Shown here: piece after piece, positions 42,204 to 53,840 of the stretch
Numbering within the stretch: the stretch's first letter is position 1
Layout: every line of letters begins with the position of its first letter
Assembly (NCBI RefSeq): GCF_024521635.1
Contig: NW_026250410.1
Location: 682,001 to 746,000, forward strand
Direction: 5' to 3'
Length of the DNA stretch: 64,000 bases
DNA from: Tricharina praecox
Taxonomy: Eukaryota
Position numbers and translations under genes: made by a program
The notes under the pieces: generated by a model
Seen by the model: only the letters and a program-made list of their open reading frames with translations
The model's database searches: none
What the model was told of the DNA's origin: nothing

Positions 42204-42482
42204 CCGACGGACGAGCTCAATGCACCGGCGGATGAGCTCGGTGCACAGGCGGATGAGCTTAATGCACAGGCGGATGAGCTCAATGCACAGGCGGATGAGC
42301 TCGGTGCACAGGCGGACGAGCTCAATGCACAGGCGGATGAGCTCGGTGCACAGGCGGACGAGCTCGATGAATCGGCGGACGAGCTCGATACACCGGCGGA
42401 CGAGTTGTATGCACCGGCGGACGAGCTCGATGAATCGGCGGATGAGCTCAATACACCGGCGGACGAGCTGGATGCACCGGCG
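42204..42482 (+). repeat. In-frame 21-bp minisatellite x13 encoding heptads (x-A-D-E-L-x-x)
   Basis: Unit like CAGGCGGATGAGCTCAATGCA; protein PTDELNA PADELGA QADELNA ... PADELDA. Confidence 0.95.
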
Positions 42483-43830
42483 GGGAAGGCAAGTTGGACG
42501 GAGGAAATCGAGCCACTCTCCTCTCACCTCCGTCAACGATCTAAGGAGTTGTATCTCCCCGGCACACACGTAGCGACGGAGGAGATGATGGTATTATTCA
42601 AGGGGCGCAGCGTTCACACCTGTCGTTTGCCGAATAAACCGATACGTGTTGGCTACAAGGTCCTGGCTATTTGTGACGCGGGCTACACCCTCGACTGGCT
42701 ATACTCATCTCGCACCCAGTCGATTGCCGGTCTCGAGCAGCCTATCCCAGAGCTGACATCCACTGGTTCAGCGATCTTTCAGCTTTGCCGTAGCCTTGAA
42801 GCTCCTGGGGACCATCGTTACATCGTCTATGTGGATAAAGCTTTCACTACGGTCCCCTTGCTGCGATTGCTACGTAGCCACGAAATTGGTGCATGTGGCA
42901 CTTCCCGTCTTCATTCTGCAGAGCTGCCAGTTGAGATGAAGTCGGACTTGAAGAAGGCTCAGAACAGCCTTGATGGGTTGGTAGTGAAGCCACATGAGCA
43001 TGGATCTACAGATGATGTCCTTTGTATTCGATGGGAGGATGGCAAAAATGTCCGCTTCCTTACAACAGTCCATCCGTGGAACGAGGTCACACTCAAGCTA
43101 CGCCGCAGGCCGCTAGCAACCAGCACCAATGCTGCTGCTATCCACCGAGTCTTCGGAGACTCGGAACGCAAGATGCTGAATATCCCAACAGTTGTGGACG
43201 ATTACATCTTCAACCGCATGAACGGCGCGGACTTAGCGTACCAGCGCCGAGCTGCCCACACAACCCACCAGCGAAGCCTTCAAAGTTGGTTTTCGTTATT
43301 CTTCTTCCTCCTCGATATCTCTCTAGTCAACTCGCATATCCTCATGCAGTTGGCTTGCAAAGAAGCATCCCTTCAAGCCATCGAGGCTGGATGCAATCCA
43401 GCCAATGCGCCTTTCCGCCGCACGATGGATGCCGCCCGCTTCCGTAGTGAGCTTGCCGGTGCGCTCATGAGTATACCCAGTGAGCCTGTCGAGGCGCCCA
43501 CGCGTATACCAAAGCCGCGGAAGCCGGAGCCCAAGCGAGTGCGTTTGCGTTGCCGTTCTAGGAAGACAGACCGTATTGTATTTTCTAAGTCCAGAGATCT
43601 CGTGTGGGAACACGCGAAGGCAGCGGCGTATAGTGGTGGCACAAGGAACCACAAGCTGGTCAAAATGGAGAAGAAGCGTGCGTGTGTGGTCTGTAGATAT
43701 GGGTTTAAAAAGACCAAAACTGGCCGGCAAACTCCAAAGATGGCGTTGTTTGAGTGTACTTCATGTAAACCTCCTATGGCGCTGTGTGCACCTGAGGGGG
43801 GAGAGTGTTGGGTGAAGTGGCATGACGGGT

Positions 43831-43956
43831 GTGAGGTTGTTGGGGAGGGAGCGCTCGCTGCTGCGGAATCGGGTGAGGTTGTTGAGGGGGGAGCGCTCGC
43901 TGCTGCGGAACCGAGTGAGGTTGTTGGAGAGGGGGCGCTCGCTGCTGCGAATCCGG
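43831..43956 (+). repeat. In-frame 42-bp repeat x3 encoding EVVGEGALAAAESG-like units
   Basis: GTGAGGTTGTT starts at 43831, 43873 and 43915. Confidence 0.93.
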
Positions 43957-46900
43957 CTGTGGGATGATCTGCATGCTTTTGATATCACTCAATGTATCGG
44001 TCAGGAAGCGAAGGCGCGAATGCACAATAGGTATACTTAATGTACAATACCTTTTCCACTGTTTTGCCAGACCAAGGGATAGTAAGTTCGCTGCGATACC
44101 CTCGATACCCTCGCTGGTGGGGCTCGCTGGACATCCAACACCTCCTCCCAACACAGTTCGTGATTGCTGGGAGGGCCCAGGCTATTTTTCGTGCCGCGGT
44201 GGCGGAGCCGGCGTATATCGCAACGAGGTCCCTCCCGTCCTCTTGTAATCCTCCCCCAAGTAATTCGGGAAGGGGTTGATGGCGACGATGGCCTTGTGCT
44301 CGCCGGTATACCTTCGGACGATGGGCTACATGGAACCTACATACGTCAGGTACTTAGTTAAGACCTCCCGGATATATAGCTCCAGCGCAGGGCCCAAAGT
44401 CTACGCGTGTTTCGGTCAAGGTGTTGGTTGGTTGGTCAGGAGATTCTTCCAGCACAATAGCAGCGGCCTCGTAATTCCAGCTTCAATGCCTACCAGCAGC
44501 ATCGATCGAAGCGGCGCCGTGAACTCGGGGTTTCGGTATGTGCGATTTCGGCCCTGCTTGTCCCACTCCCACTTGACTTGCTGTCCGTCGGAAACTTGGA
44601 ACGCACTTCGCTGGCTCCCTCGATCCCTTTCCTCGAGTGTTGTGGTGTGCTTGGAAGTTGCTGGTTGACTGATCAATCATCTGCTGCAAGCGGAGACCGG
44701 AGTGCGTAAACCGAAGGCGTAAGAAAATCGAAATCCTTCTCTTCCTTTGGTGGTTTCGGGCGGCTTGGAATTTGACTCACGTAAGTTCTTGGCTCACATC
44801 GGAGACCCAACGGTCTATCTGGCGGCGGAATCGAAAGTGAACAATGGAGGTGATTCGTGGAGGATGATTCGGTGATCATCTCGGAGCCGACGGTGTGTAC
44901 GAAAAACAACTGGGGTTAAGTAGAGTACGGAGCTGGCGTAAGTAGTATGTACTGTGTAGAGCCTTGCATCTTTTCTCTTGGTAGATTCAGACTCCGGAGA
45001 CCATCGGTGGTATGTCAGTACTATAGTCAAGGGGAGGTAAAATAAATGGTAGCAATACAATATCCTGAATTACTACGTGCCGGGCCGGAATATGGTACCG
45101 CTATGCAGGCGCTATAACAGAGATAATCCGATACGTACAGTCAGGAATATGTATTGTAGGTGTACTACACATCGTCGAGAAACAGTATGATGACCGAAGA
45201 AAGCGCAACGTATCGTCAAAAGCACGGCCATGCCGCTACGCATATCGAAGAAAACAAAGTATTGGGTGCCATATCGATTTTTAGCCAAGCATATCGATAT
45301 GTACGTGTATTCGGATACACTCGCACGTCTTCCCGCAACGTAGGTGTGATATGTGGCTGTATGTAACTGAGCCATATCAATATGTAGTGTCAGCGTAGTA
45401 CCAGACATGTAGTCTGTTCAGAATATGCATCAGTGCTGGCTATGCGTTGCACTGCCGTATCTGCTCAGCGGTACGCCACGTAAATAAAACTATATGCTTT
45501 CTGACGCAATGTTTCAACTTTTGGAGTGTATTACTCACTTCGTCACGTAGGTATTATAGCGAAAATATGCAAACGCTATCATATTTCGCCAGAAATATCG
45601 TATTACTCCCAGTTTTTTACCCCCTCCCCTCACTATACAGTATGTACCGCCTCATGAACCCGTACCGCTAGAAGATTCGGAGAATTACTTGCCGTTAAGA
45701 GTATGTGCCTAACCGAGTGATGTCTAGTGACGCCAATATGAGTGATAGCCCATGAACCGATCCTGCGCCGGACGGCGCACGGCACACAGCCCACGTTTCC
45801 CCAGCCACCCAGCCACCCGCATCCTTGCCCGCTTCCCCAACCCTACATAGTGGTGGTGGTGTGAACCATGTATTAAGTGCTCCAAGCATGTGGTTGGGAG
45901 GTTGGAAGGTTGGAGGCTGGGAGTTGGGAGTTGGGTATGTATGGATGGATGGCTGGTGTTTCATGTAGACTATGGCACAGTGCGGCACGGTATGTATTGT
46001 ACAAGACATATGTATGAGGTATGTATGTATGATATGTACCTGCATCCCGTGCTCGACCCGTGCTCGACAGCCGGAACGGGAGGCTGCGAGCGCGGCACAG
46101 GTGTTGGTACCGGTGTTGGTTGCGGGTACGGGTGAGACGGTAACGTTACTATAGAGTAGGTACATGGAGAGAATCTACTCTATAGTAATAAGTACTTAAT
46201 GGATGTGTGCCGACATGGCATGGAAGAAAGCGTTGGTACTATCTGACGTCGCTCTCGCTGCGGCTTCCGGGTGCGGATCTACTCTATATTCTCTCCTCTA
46301 CTCTATATACCAACATACAGGAGGGAGTGATGGACTCGGTGAGAGTGCGGTATAAGTACGGGTCCGTACTCCGTACGACGACGGGATGAACGCTCTTACC
46401 GAGGTAGGGAGTGCGCGGGAACTGAGTACATATGCAAGCCACGTAGGTAGAGTATGCAAGCTACCTATCAGCGATGATATGAGGATATGAGGATATGATA
46501 CATATGAGGACCCGAGAAGTCGCCCTTCGACTTCGTGATTCCCCTCCACCCCCTGAGTCAGCCGACCAAGTCCGGTGGGTTCGGTGGGTTCGGTGGGATT
46601 CAAACTATGGGGCGTTACTGGGATCAAGATTCCGAGGGGGTTGGCACTGGTGGGTGAACACTGGACATATGCATGTCGCCAATATGTAGGAAGAAAAGGA
46701 GATTAGCACGGTACGTATCTTTCCTTTTTTCCTTCTTTTCCTTCCTTTTTCCGCAGCCTCTCCGTGCGCAATGGGACTGTCGACTCGATACGGCACCGGT
46801 AACCATCAGATGGTGGAGACCACACACACTCTCTCTCGCTCTCTGCCGTGTCTGACGGCGGAGGCGGCGGCGGCGGCGACCGCTTCAGCAGTGCATCACG

Positions 46901-48678
46901 ATCGATGCAACATAAGGAGTAAGTAAGTATGAGGTACCTACATGATACCCTCCAAGCTCCCTGAAGATATTTAACCAATCACTGGGCGCGGCAAGGGTGC
47001 ACGTGCAGTGAGAGATTCGAGATTCGAGGTTCAGATCTGTTTCACCGTAACCGGGCCATGCTTCGTCTTCCGTCTTCCGGTTCCCCGATCGTTCGTTCGT
47101 CGATGCGAGGGTAAGTAAATAAGCTGTTGGTGGCTTCAGCTAGCAGCTGCCAGCCACGGCTTCCACCTTGAACCTTGAGCCTTGGGACCTGAGGTTTGAG
47201 GCTTGAGGCTGAACGCTCGTGATGTTCAAGAATACTATTACGAGGTGCAAACAAGGTTATGGTCGCCCTTGCTTAAGTGCTGTTAGTAGATACTTGGAAG
47301 TGGAGGCTTGGAAGTTGGAGGCTTGGAGCCAGTTAGGCCGCCACACGCGCGAGCCAATGAACTAAGCGCCGCCGCCTGAGGCCCGCCGTCCGCAGGCCCG
47401 CGGGCACGCAGCCATTCATCGCCATTCATCGCTATGTAAGCAACCCGTGAACTTACCTACTCTAGGTACAGTAGTGAGCTGCAGCTTTCGCGGCCGCAGT
47501 AGCTACTGCTAGTGAGCGACGTAATCAGCTCAGCTCAGCCAGCTGAACCAGCGCAGCGCGGTGCGGTGCGGCTGAAGATTCTCGATAAAGTGTCTCAGCA
47601 CCGTACCGTAGTTGTGTTGTACTAGCACCTACTACCGTAGTTGGTAAAGTAGACGGACCATTTACCGATACCGATACCGGTGCATTGTGCGTGTGCACAC
47701 CGAGAAAACAGTAGGCCGCGTGGCCGTGATTCAAATTCGTACTCTTCTCTTGGTGGTATCATAGGAGGTATGATCTCGCCCGGTAGACTTCGGTCTTCGG
47801 TCTTCGGCGATGGGGCTTCGGCGCTGGGCTCCATCGGTGCTGGACCCCGACGTCACTCAGCGTGGGATTATGTAACGTGCGCAACGAGACCGGTAGCCAA
47901 GCAAACGCATGCTTGGCAATAATGATCAATTTAGGCATCCGTCCTCAGCCTATGATGATGCTGAGTAGAGTTGTGGGGGGAGTTGAGGAGGGAGGCAGAG
48001 AGGGCAGAGCCTGTCATGCAGCGATCTTATCGCCATTGTCGATTTGCCATACTTACTTTGCTGCTGCTCCCTCGAACCGAGATGGACCGTAAAGTACATA
48101 TCCGTCGATATGAATCATTACCGGTGAGCTGGGGGAAAATCTCGTCGAGAGCTCTTGATCCGAATCGCAGAAGAGGAGGGATCCGGTGATGTGTTGATGG
48201 CAAGTAGAGTAACGAGCGGTACGGTGCGGTATCAATTATGTACCTAATAATGTACATACACAGCCACAGCCACATCCAGTGTCCACGAGTGAGTGACGTC
48301 CGGATCGTCACGACGATACCATATGATCATAATCCGACTGAGACTGAGACTCCGATCGTGGACTACTATACATGGGATTTGCAGAATCCCCCCGAACGAG
48401 CATAGGCAACTAACCATCACTGGCCTATGCAGCCCGTCGCATGAGGTAGTTTTCATTTATTTTTATTTTTATTTTTCTTCTCTTTCCGCAATCCGCACAG
48501 GTGACGACTTCCACAAATAACCCCATCTCATAGTACGTACATGCTCTGGGCAGTAGGCAGTGGAGTGGAGTGCACACTGCATACCGCGGCTGGCGAGGCT
48601 CGGATGAGCCACCAGCATCAGCCAGCATCGGCATCAGCACCACCACCATGCCAGTGGGCTGCCTGACTCGAGCTGAGC

Positions 48679-48680
<2 letters not shown>

Positions 48681-48732
<52 letters not shown>
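48681..48732. repeat. Tetranucleotide microsatellite (TGTC) x13
   Basis: Perfect array, directly visible. Confidence 0.95.
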
Positions 48733-49584
48733 AGACAGATCAGCCCCGGACGTGATATGCTAGGCAGTGTTGAGGTGGCTGGAGCGAGCGGGCGACGGTG
48801 GTGGTACAATGTACCACTCCACACCCCACACCGTAGCCATCGATCGGTCGCGAAGGGACTCCCCTTCTCCTCTCCCCCCTCCCTGGGATGCATACGGATG
48901 ACTTTGTATTACCGTATTTCGCACAAGGCGTTGTAAGTATCCACCGGTACATAGAGTACATGGTACATAGAGTATCATACATACAAGCCATCACCGGGTC
49001 AGTTAGTCCGGAGGGGAGGCAGGACCAAGACCAGGACCGGCGGTCGACGGAAGAGGCGAAGATGCTCAGGGCTCAGGGCCCAGGGCTCAAGGGGACCCCG
49101 GACGTCTTCGTCTCGTCTTTTGTTTTCATCTTCTCGGAGAGGCAAGTCGCAAAAGTGCGAATGAGAGGACGCCGGTAACTGCTACCTTGTGCTAGTACTG
49201 GTAAGTAACTAGGCCTCCCGGGTTGTGTCGGCCAGGAAGAAACTGTCAACGCGGCCTCGCACCGAGTGATGCCATAAATAGACGTCACATCCCGACCAGC
49301 GACTTTGGTCCCTCGCAAACAAGCTGCATGCCACAGCCCTGTGCTAGTCCCTGCGCTGGGAAAATGCGCAAGCGGTGCACTGTATAATTTTTAATGGTGA
49401 AGTGGTGTAGTGCCCTGTGGCGTGCCAGGCTGCCAGCCAGGAAGAAAAGAAAAGAAAAAGAAAAAAAAGCTGCCGTACTCTATTACGGGAGCGATGCAAG
49501 GGTCGTTGCCGATTGAGAGTGTGCGTCGACTATCGCACAAACAGCAAGAGCCAGGCAGAGACGGCTGGGCTGAGTTGCGTGAGC

Positions 49585-49635
49585 TGAGTGAGTGAGTGAG
49601 TGAGTGAGTGAGTGAGTGAGTGAGTGAGTGAGTGA
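49585..49635. repeat. Tetranucleotide microsatellite (TGAG) about x12, just upstream of a TATA-like box
   Basis: Perfect array, directly visible. Confidence 0.95.
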
Positions 49636-49677
49636 CCGACGACCACCAAGTGCAGGTCTCACCGATGTGTCAGGTCC

Positions 49678-49690
49678 TTTATAACTCCTC
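49678..49690 (+). promoter_or_regulatory. TATA-like box followed by a CT-rich leader for the secreted protein gene
   Basis: TTTATAAC at about 49678-49685, followed by a pyrimidine-rich tract, about 220 nt before ATG 49904. Confidence 0.5.
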
Positions 49691-49903
49691 CTCCTCCTCC
49701 TTCAACCTCCCTCCCTCCCTCCTTCCCATCCACATCACACCACAAACACTTCCACCTTCTACCACCACCACTCCACCTAATCCCTCACCTCCATCTCCAC
49801 CTAATCCCTCACCTCCATCTCCACCTTCGTTTTCCACGAAACACAGTCGCTCACGAAACTCCCTTCCACCACACAAAACAAACATCCCCAAACAATCCTC
49901 ACA

Positions 49904-50340
49904 ATGCGTTTCTCTTCCGCCGTCATCGTCGCTGCCATCGTCGGCTTCGCGTCTGCCCAGACCAACGGAACCACCACCCTCTCGGCCGCTCCCTCGGTCA
50001 TCGTCGTCCCGTCGGGCTCTCCCCTCCCCACGAGCGTCATCGTCGGCAACGGTACCGCTAACGCCACTGCCACCTTGTCGAGTAAGTCTTCACATCCATC
50101 CATTCATCCCTCCTTCCCTCCCACAGCTTGCTAACAAAACCCACAGCCTCCCCGACTCCCACCGACACCGAGAGCGAGAGCACCACCCGCCGGCCCTCTG
50201 CCACCAGTGGAGGAGCCAGCGGATCCAGCAGTGCCCCGTCGGCCAGCAGCACCTCTGGTGCCGGCATCATGTACACCGCCAACTCGATCGGTGCCTTCGT
50301 CATCGCTGTCGGAGTCATGGCCGCCGGCCAGATGATCTAA
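49904..50340 (+). CDS. Small secreted Ser/Thr-rich, probably GPI-anchored cell-wall protein (about 123 aa, 2 exons)
   Basis: Signal peptide MRFSSAVIVAAIVGFASAQ; N-glycosylation sequons NGT/NAT; intron 50082-50146 (GTAAGT..GCTAAC..CAG); S/T-rich body; hydrophobic C-terminus SGAG..IGAFVIAVGVMAAGQMI*. Confidence 0.88.
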
Positions 50341-53300
50341 GCCATCAATCCGTACCAGTCCAAGCATCCTCTTCCTATTTCTCTTGCACTTCCCTTTCTT
50401 TTTTTTTTCGTTGGGGCTCTTTTTTTTTCCTTGTAATAATGACCGAGGAATGGGGGATGATGGCAATGACAATCACCTGTGGGGATTGAAATTGGGCATG
50501 GGCATGTGTGATGACGGGATGGATGGACGGACAGAATGGGATGGGATGGTTGATATGGCGTGTATATTACGGGGTTCTTGTCTTGTTCCTTGTTGGCTCT
50601 TAAAAATGGGTGTTGATTCGGCTCTGGGGTTCTTTGTTCTTCTTCTTCTTTCTTCTTCTTTGACGGCTATAAACATTTAATTTCTTTTTCTTCTTCTTTT
50701 TACTTTTCTTCTTCTATCGGAGGGAGGCGCTTGATTCGGTCAACTAGGTGGGGACATGCGGAGGAGGAGGAGGGATTGGGCAGTAGGTGATGGGGGAAGG
50801 CTGGGAGGTTACTTGGGACGGGGACGGGCTGGATGGGAGGGGTATAATTGATGATCATACACACACACACACACGTCTTCATAAGCTTTTTTTACTTTTC
50901 GCACGCAACGCCTAGTGGATTGAGCAACAGCATCTACAGACTTGCAAGCCGCGCGTACGGTAGAATACCTACTCGGTGCAAGCACAAAGAAACCCCACGT
51001 CGCATATACCCGAGCGACGAGCGTGCTAGTCGGTTTGTTACTCAGTTTGTTAGATAGGCAGACGCTCGAACTCGAACTCTGTTCTCCAGCCGCAGGCTCG
51101 TCTTCCCTCTCCGGTATGCTGTGGATAATACTAGTAGGAGGTATACCCACAGCAACGCATGCCCGCGCGTTCATTTTCTCACCTCACCTCACTTCACAGG
51201 ATCACATCACCTCACCTACCACTAGCTGGTAGTTGATACCGTAGCAGTTAATGGTTAGTGGTTGACTAGTAGCCAGTCTCACCTCGACTCCAGGAGTCCA
51301 GCATGCCCAGCATGTCCAGCTCGCCTTGCTACCGTGCGTGCGTCAGTCTGTGCGGCTGGAACTCTTTTGTGTGTGGGTGTGGGGTGGGTGGTGGGTGTTA
51401 CTCTAGTCTCTAGCTAACTACTGTTGGGTATTGGGTGGGTGCTGGGTGCGGTTTTGTGTGGTGGGGTTGGGAGTGGGTTTTGGACTCTGGAGTGGAGTGG
51501 GTGGTGGGTGGGTGGTGTGGTGCGGATGATGTGATACAGTGATACCTACTCTACCGCACGTCGCGTTGCAACAATATTTGAGGGTGGTTGGGGCAGTTGC
51601 AGTGGGCGGTGGCAGTGGTTGGAGAAGTGAAGGGGAAGGGAAAGTGAATGGGAAGGGAAGTGCAATGGCAGTGGTTGGGGCAGTGAATGGGAAGTGAATA
51701 GGAAGGGGAAGTTAATGGGAAGTGAAGAGGAAGGGGGAGGGGATGGGGAAGAGGAAGGGAAGTGAGAGTGAATGGGACCTGCGGAAGGCGAGTGAAGTGA
51801 AGTGAGAGTGAAGTGGCAGTGGCAGTAGCAAGAGCAGCGCGAGGGGAAGTGAATACGAAGTGAAAGCCCAAGAAAAAAGCGGTGGGCAAGAGTAAGTGCT
51901 TAGGTAGGAGGTAAGTACCCAGAGTGACTATGCCCCCAGCCGCACGCGCACGGCTGAACGTGGAGATGCCCACTTGCCTACCCAACTGCCTGCCTGCCTG
52001 CCTATCTACATGCGACTGCGGTAGTCAGCACACTGCATACTCGCTCGCTCTCTCTCTCTCGCTCGTTCACTCAAGGGGGATGGGGGAAGCGATCGATCGA
52101 GGCGGCTGCGGCGCTGCGCTGCCTGCGCTTATGGACGGGTTTCTTTTGGTGAGCTCCGAGTGAGCGCGTGAGTGGCGGGCGGTGGGCGGGTTGTGGGGAA
52201 GGCTTGATGATGTGCCGTGAAGTTTCACTCTCCCTGCCTTGCCCTTGCCGCTATCATGAGTGGGTCTGGTAGCTACTCGCGATCGATCTATCGACATATC
52301 TTGATGCCGTGGTGGTTTGCAGTCGGCGGTCGGCGGTCGTATGCCGGAACGTAGTTCACTAGGCGTCACTCGACATTTCTCCCCCTACCGTTGGTTGGTT
52401 TGCTAGTGAATCTGACCCTTCCAATTCTGTGTCTGATCTCCGTTGTGTTTCTTTTTTATTTTCTTTGCACTTTCCTTGGTGCGTCTCACTACGGTACCTT
52501 GGGTGCCTAGGTGGCCGGGAGGGCGGGGGTCATCACGGGCCGCTGTGGACTGGTCGAGGTCGAGGTCGGATTGGACGATGGACAAAGAAACGGTGTGTGC
52601 ACCGTGTACTATATATTACCATGACCTGGATAAGTTCGCATGCTGTCAATGATCAAACAAAACATAAAGCATCCGTGTTCTGCAGACGGCTCTTTTGCCG
52701 ACACCTCTCCAGGCTCCAGGCGGGAGGCGGGATTGAGAACACACACAACACAGAAGAAAGAGGAGATATGGAGGTTGATCATCTACCAATTCGGTAGATT
52801 ATGATCGAGAAAGAAGAAGAAGAAAACCCCGCCATGGCCGCCAATGTTGATTCCCACCAACGTTGATGTCCACTGTAGTACTAACCATATTCGTTTTCTC
52901 CCGCCGACAGGTCGTCCTCTCGCTCCAACACACGTGTAAGCCCCTCCTCCCAGCAAATTAGACTTAAATATCAAACCCAGCGACCGCTGTCTGAACCCCA
53001 CGAGTCTTGACATCGCACCCAGTGCACCCACCTCCTCACCCTCATCCTCATAACGTATCACTCACTCCATTGCATCGTATATTAGCACTTGGACAATCTT
53101 GAAATCTGTTAAATTTTGTCCCTCCAGGTGGAGGGAACGTGGGTGTGGGGGATGGACGCCGAGACAGTGACCTGGACTGTGCGTACTGTTAGTCTTTATA
53201 AATTGAACGGGAGTATCATACGTCATGTTGAAGCGAAACGAAAAAAAAAATGAAATTGGGACGCTCGTCGGCGGGAGGTTCCATTTCATTTTTTGCGTAC

Positions 53301-53609
53301 GGTGGATTACATAGTATTCTATTCAAGCTGGAGTACCTAGCATTGTCATAGTCATTACCATCACCATTACCTTCCAACCTCCAAGCCCCAACCTCGAAAC
53401 TCCCCATCACCGACCCATCGTCGACCAGTTCTCGGTTCTCGGTTCTCGGAGCTCTACTAGCACCGGGCCCTGGCACATGGCCCTGGCTCCACCACGCACC
53501 ACGCACGGCGCACGCCAGTGTCACGCCGGTGTCGGCCGAAACGAAACACAAACCGTTGGACCCTTAGAACTAAAATAAGTAAAGCTAGTCTTATCGTCCC
53601 GCCGGCTGC

Positions 53610-53655
53610 ACATACACATACACACACATACACACACACACACACGCATACACGC
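53610..53655. repeat. Imperfect (CA)n microsatellite
   Basis: cacatacacatacacacacatacacacacacacacacgcatacac. Confidence 0.8.
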
Positions 53656-53840
53656 GATAAGTGGCTGCATAGCACTACGTGGTCAAAGTCAAAGCCGCAG
53701 ACCAAACGGCGGTGCGGGGCGGTGCGGGGCGGGGGCAATCCAATCCAATTCATGACTCCCAGAAAATACACACAATACACATATGTAGAACGCACCATAA
53801 CGCACAAAACACAAAAGTACCCAAGTAACCAAGTATGTAA

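Larger units (their letters stand above)
41736..43967 (+). mobile_element. piggyBac transposase-derived ORF (743 aa, intronless) with C-terminal Cys-rich domain; possibly domesticated
   Basis: SPLAIFSLYW..IVVATN, WKPLTIVELKWFLG..MG, RYEQIKRFLHI, EEMMVLFKGRS, PNKPIRVGYK, YVDKAFTTVPLL, ACGT, WEDGKNVRFLTT, MNGADLAYQ, W..LFFFLLDISLVNS and CVVC..CTSC..LC..CWVKWH all match the piggyBac DDE_Tnp_1_7 layout. Confidence 0.92.

Noticed and set aside
42204..42482. 21-bp array as a CRISPR-like locus
   Set aside because: Contiguous tandem units with no unique spacers, inside a eukaryotic CDS; no cas genes.
41311..44919. Full-length piggyBac bounded by TTAA 41311 and TTAA 44916
   Set aside because: Sequences inside the two TTAA sites (GGCTCTGG.. 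versus ..AACTGGGG) are not inverted repeats.
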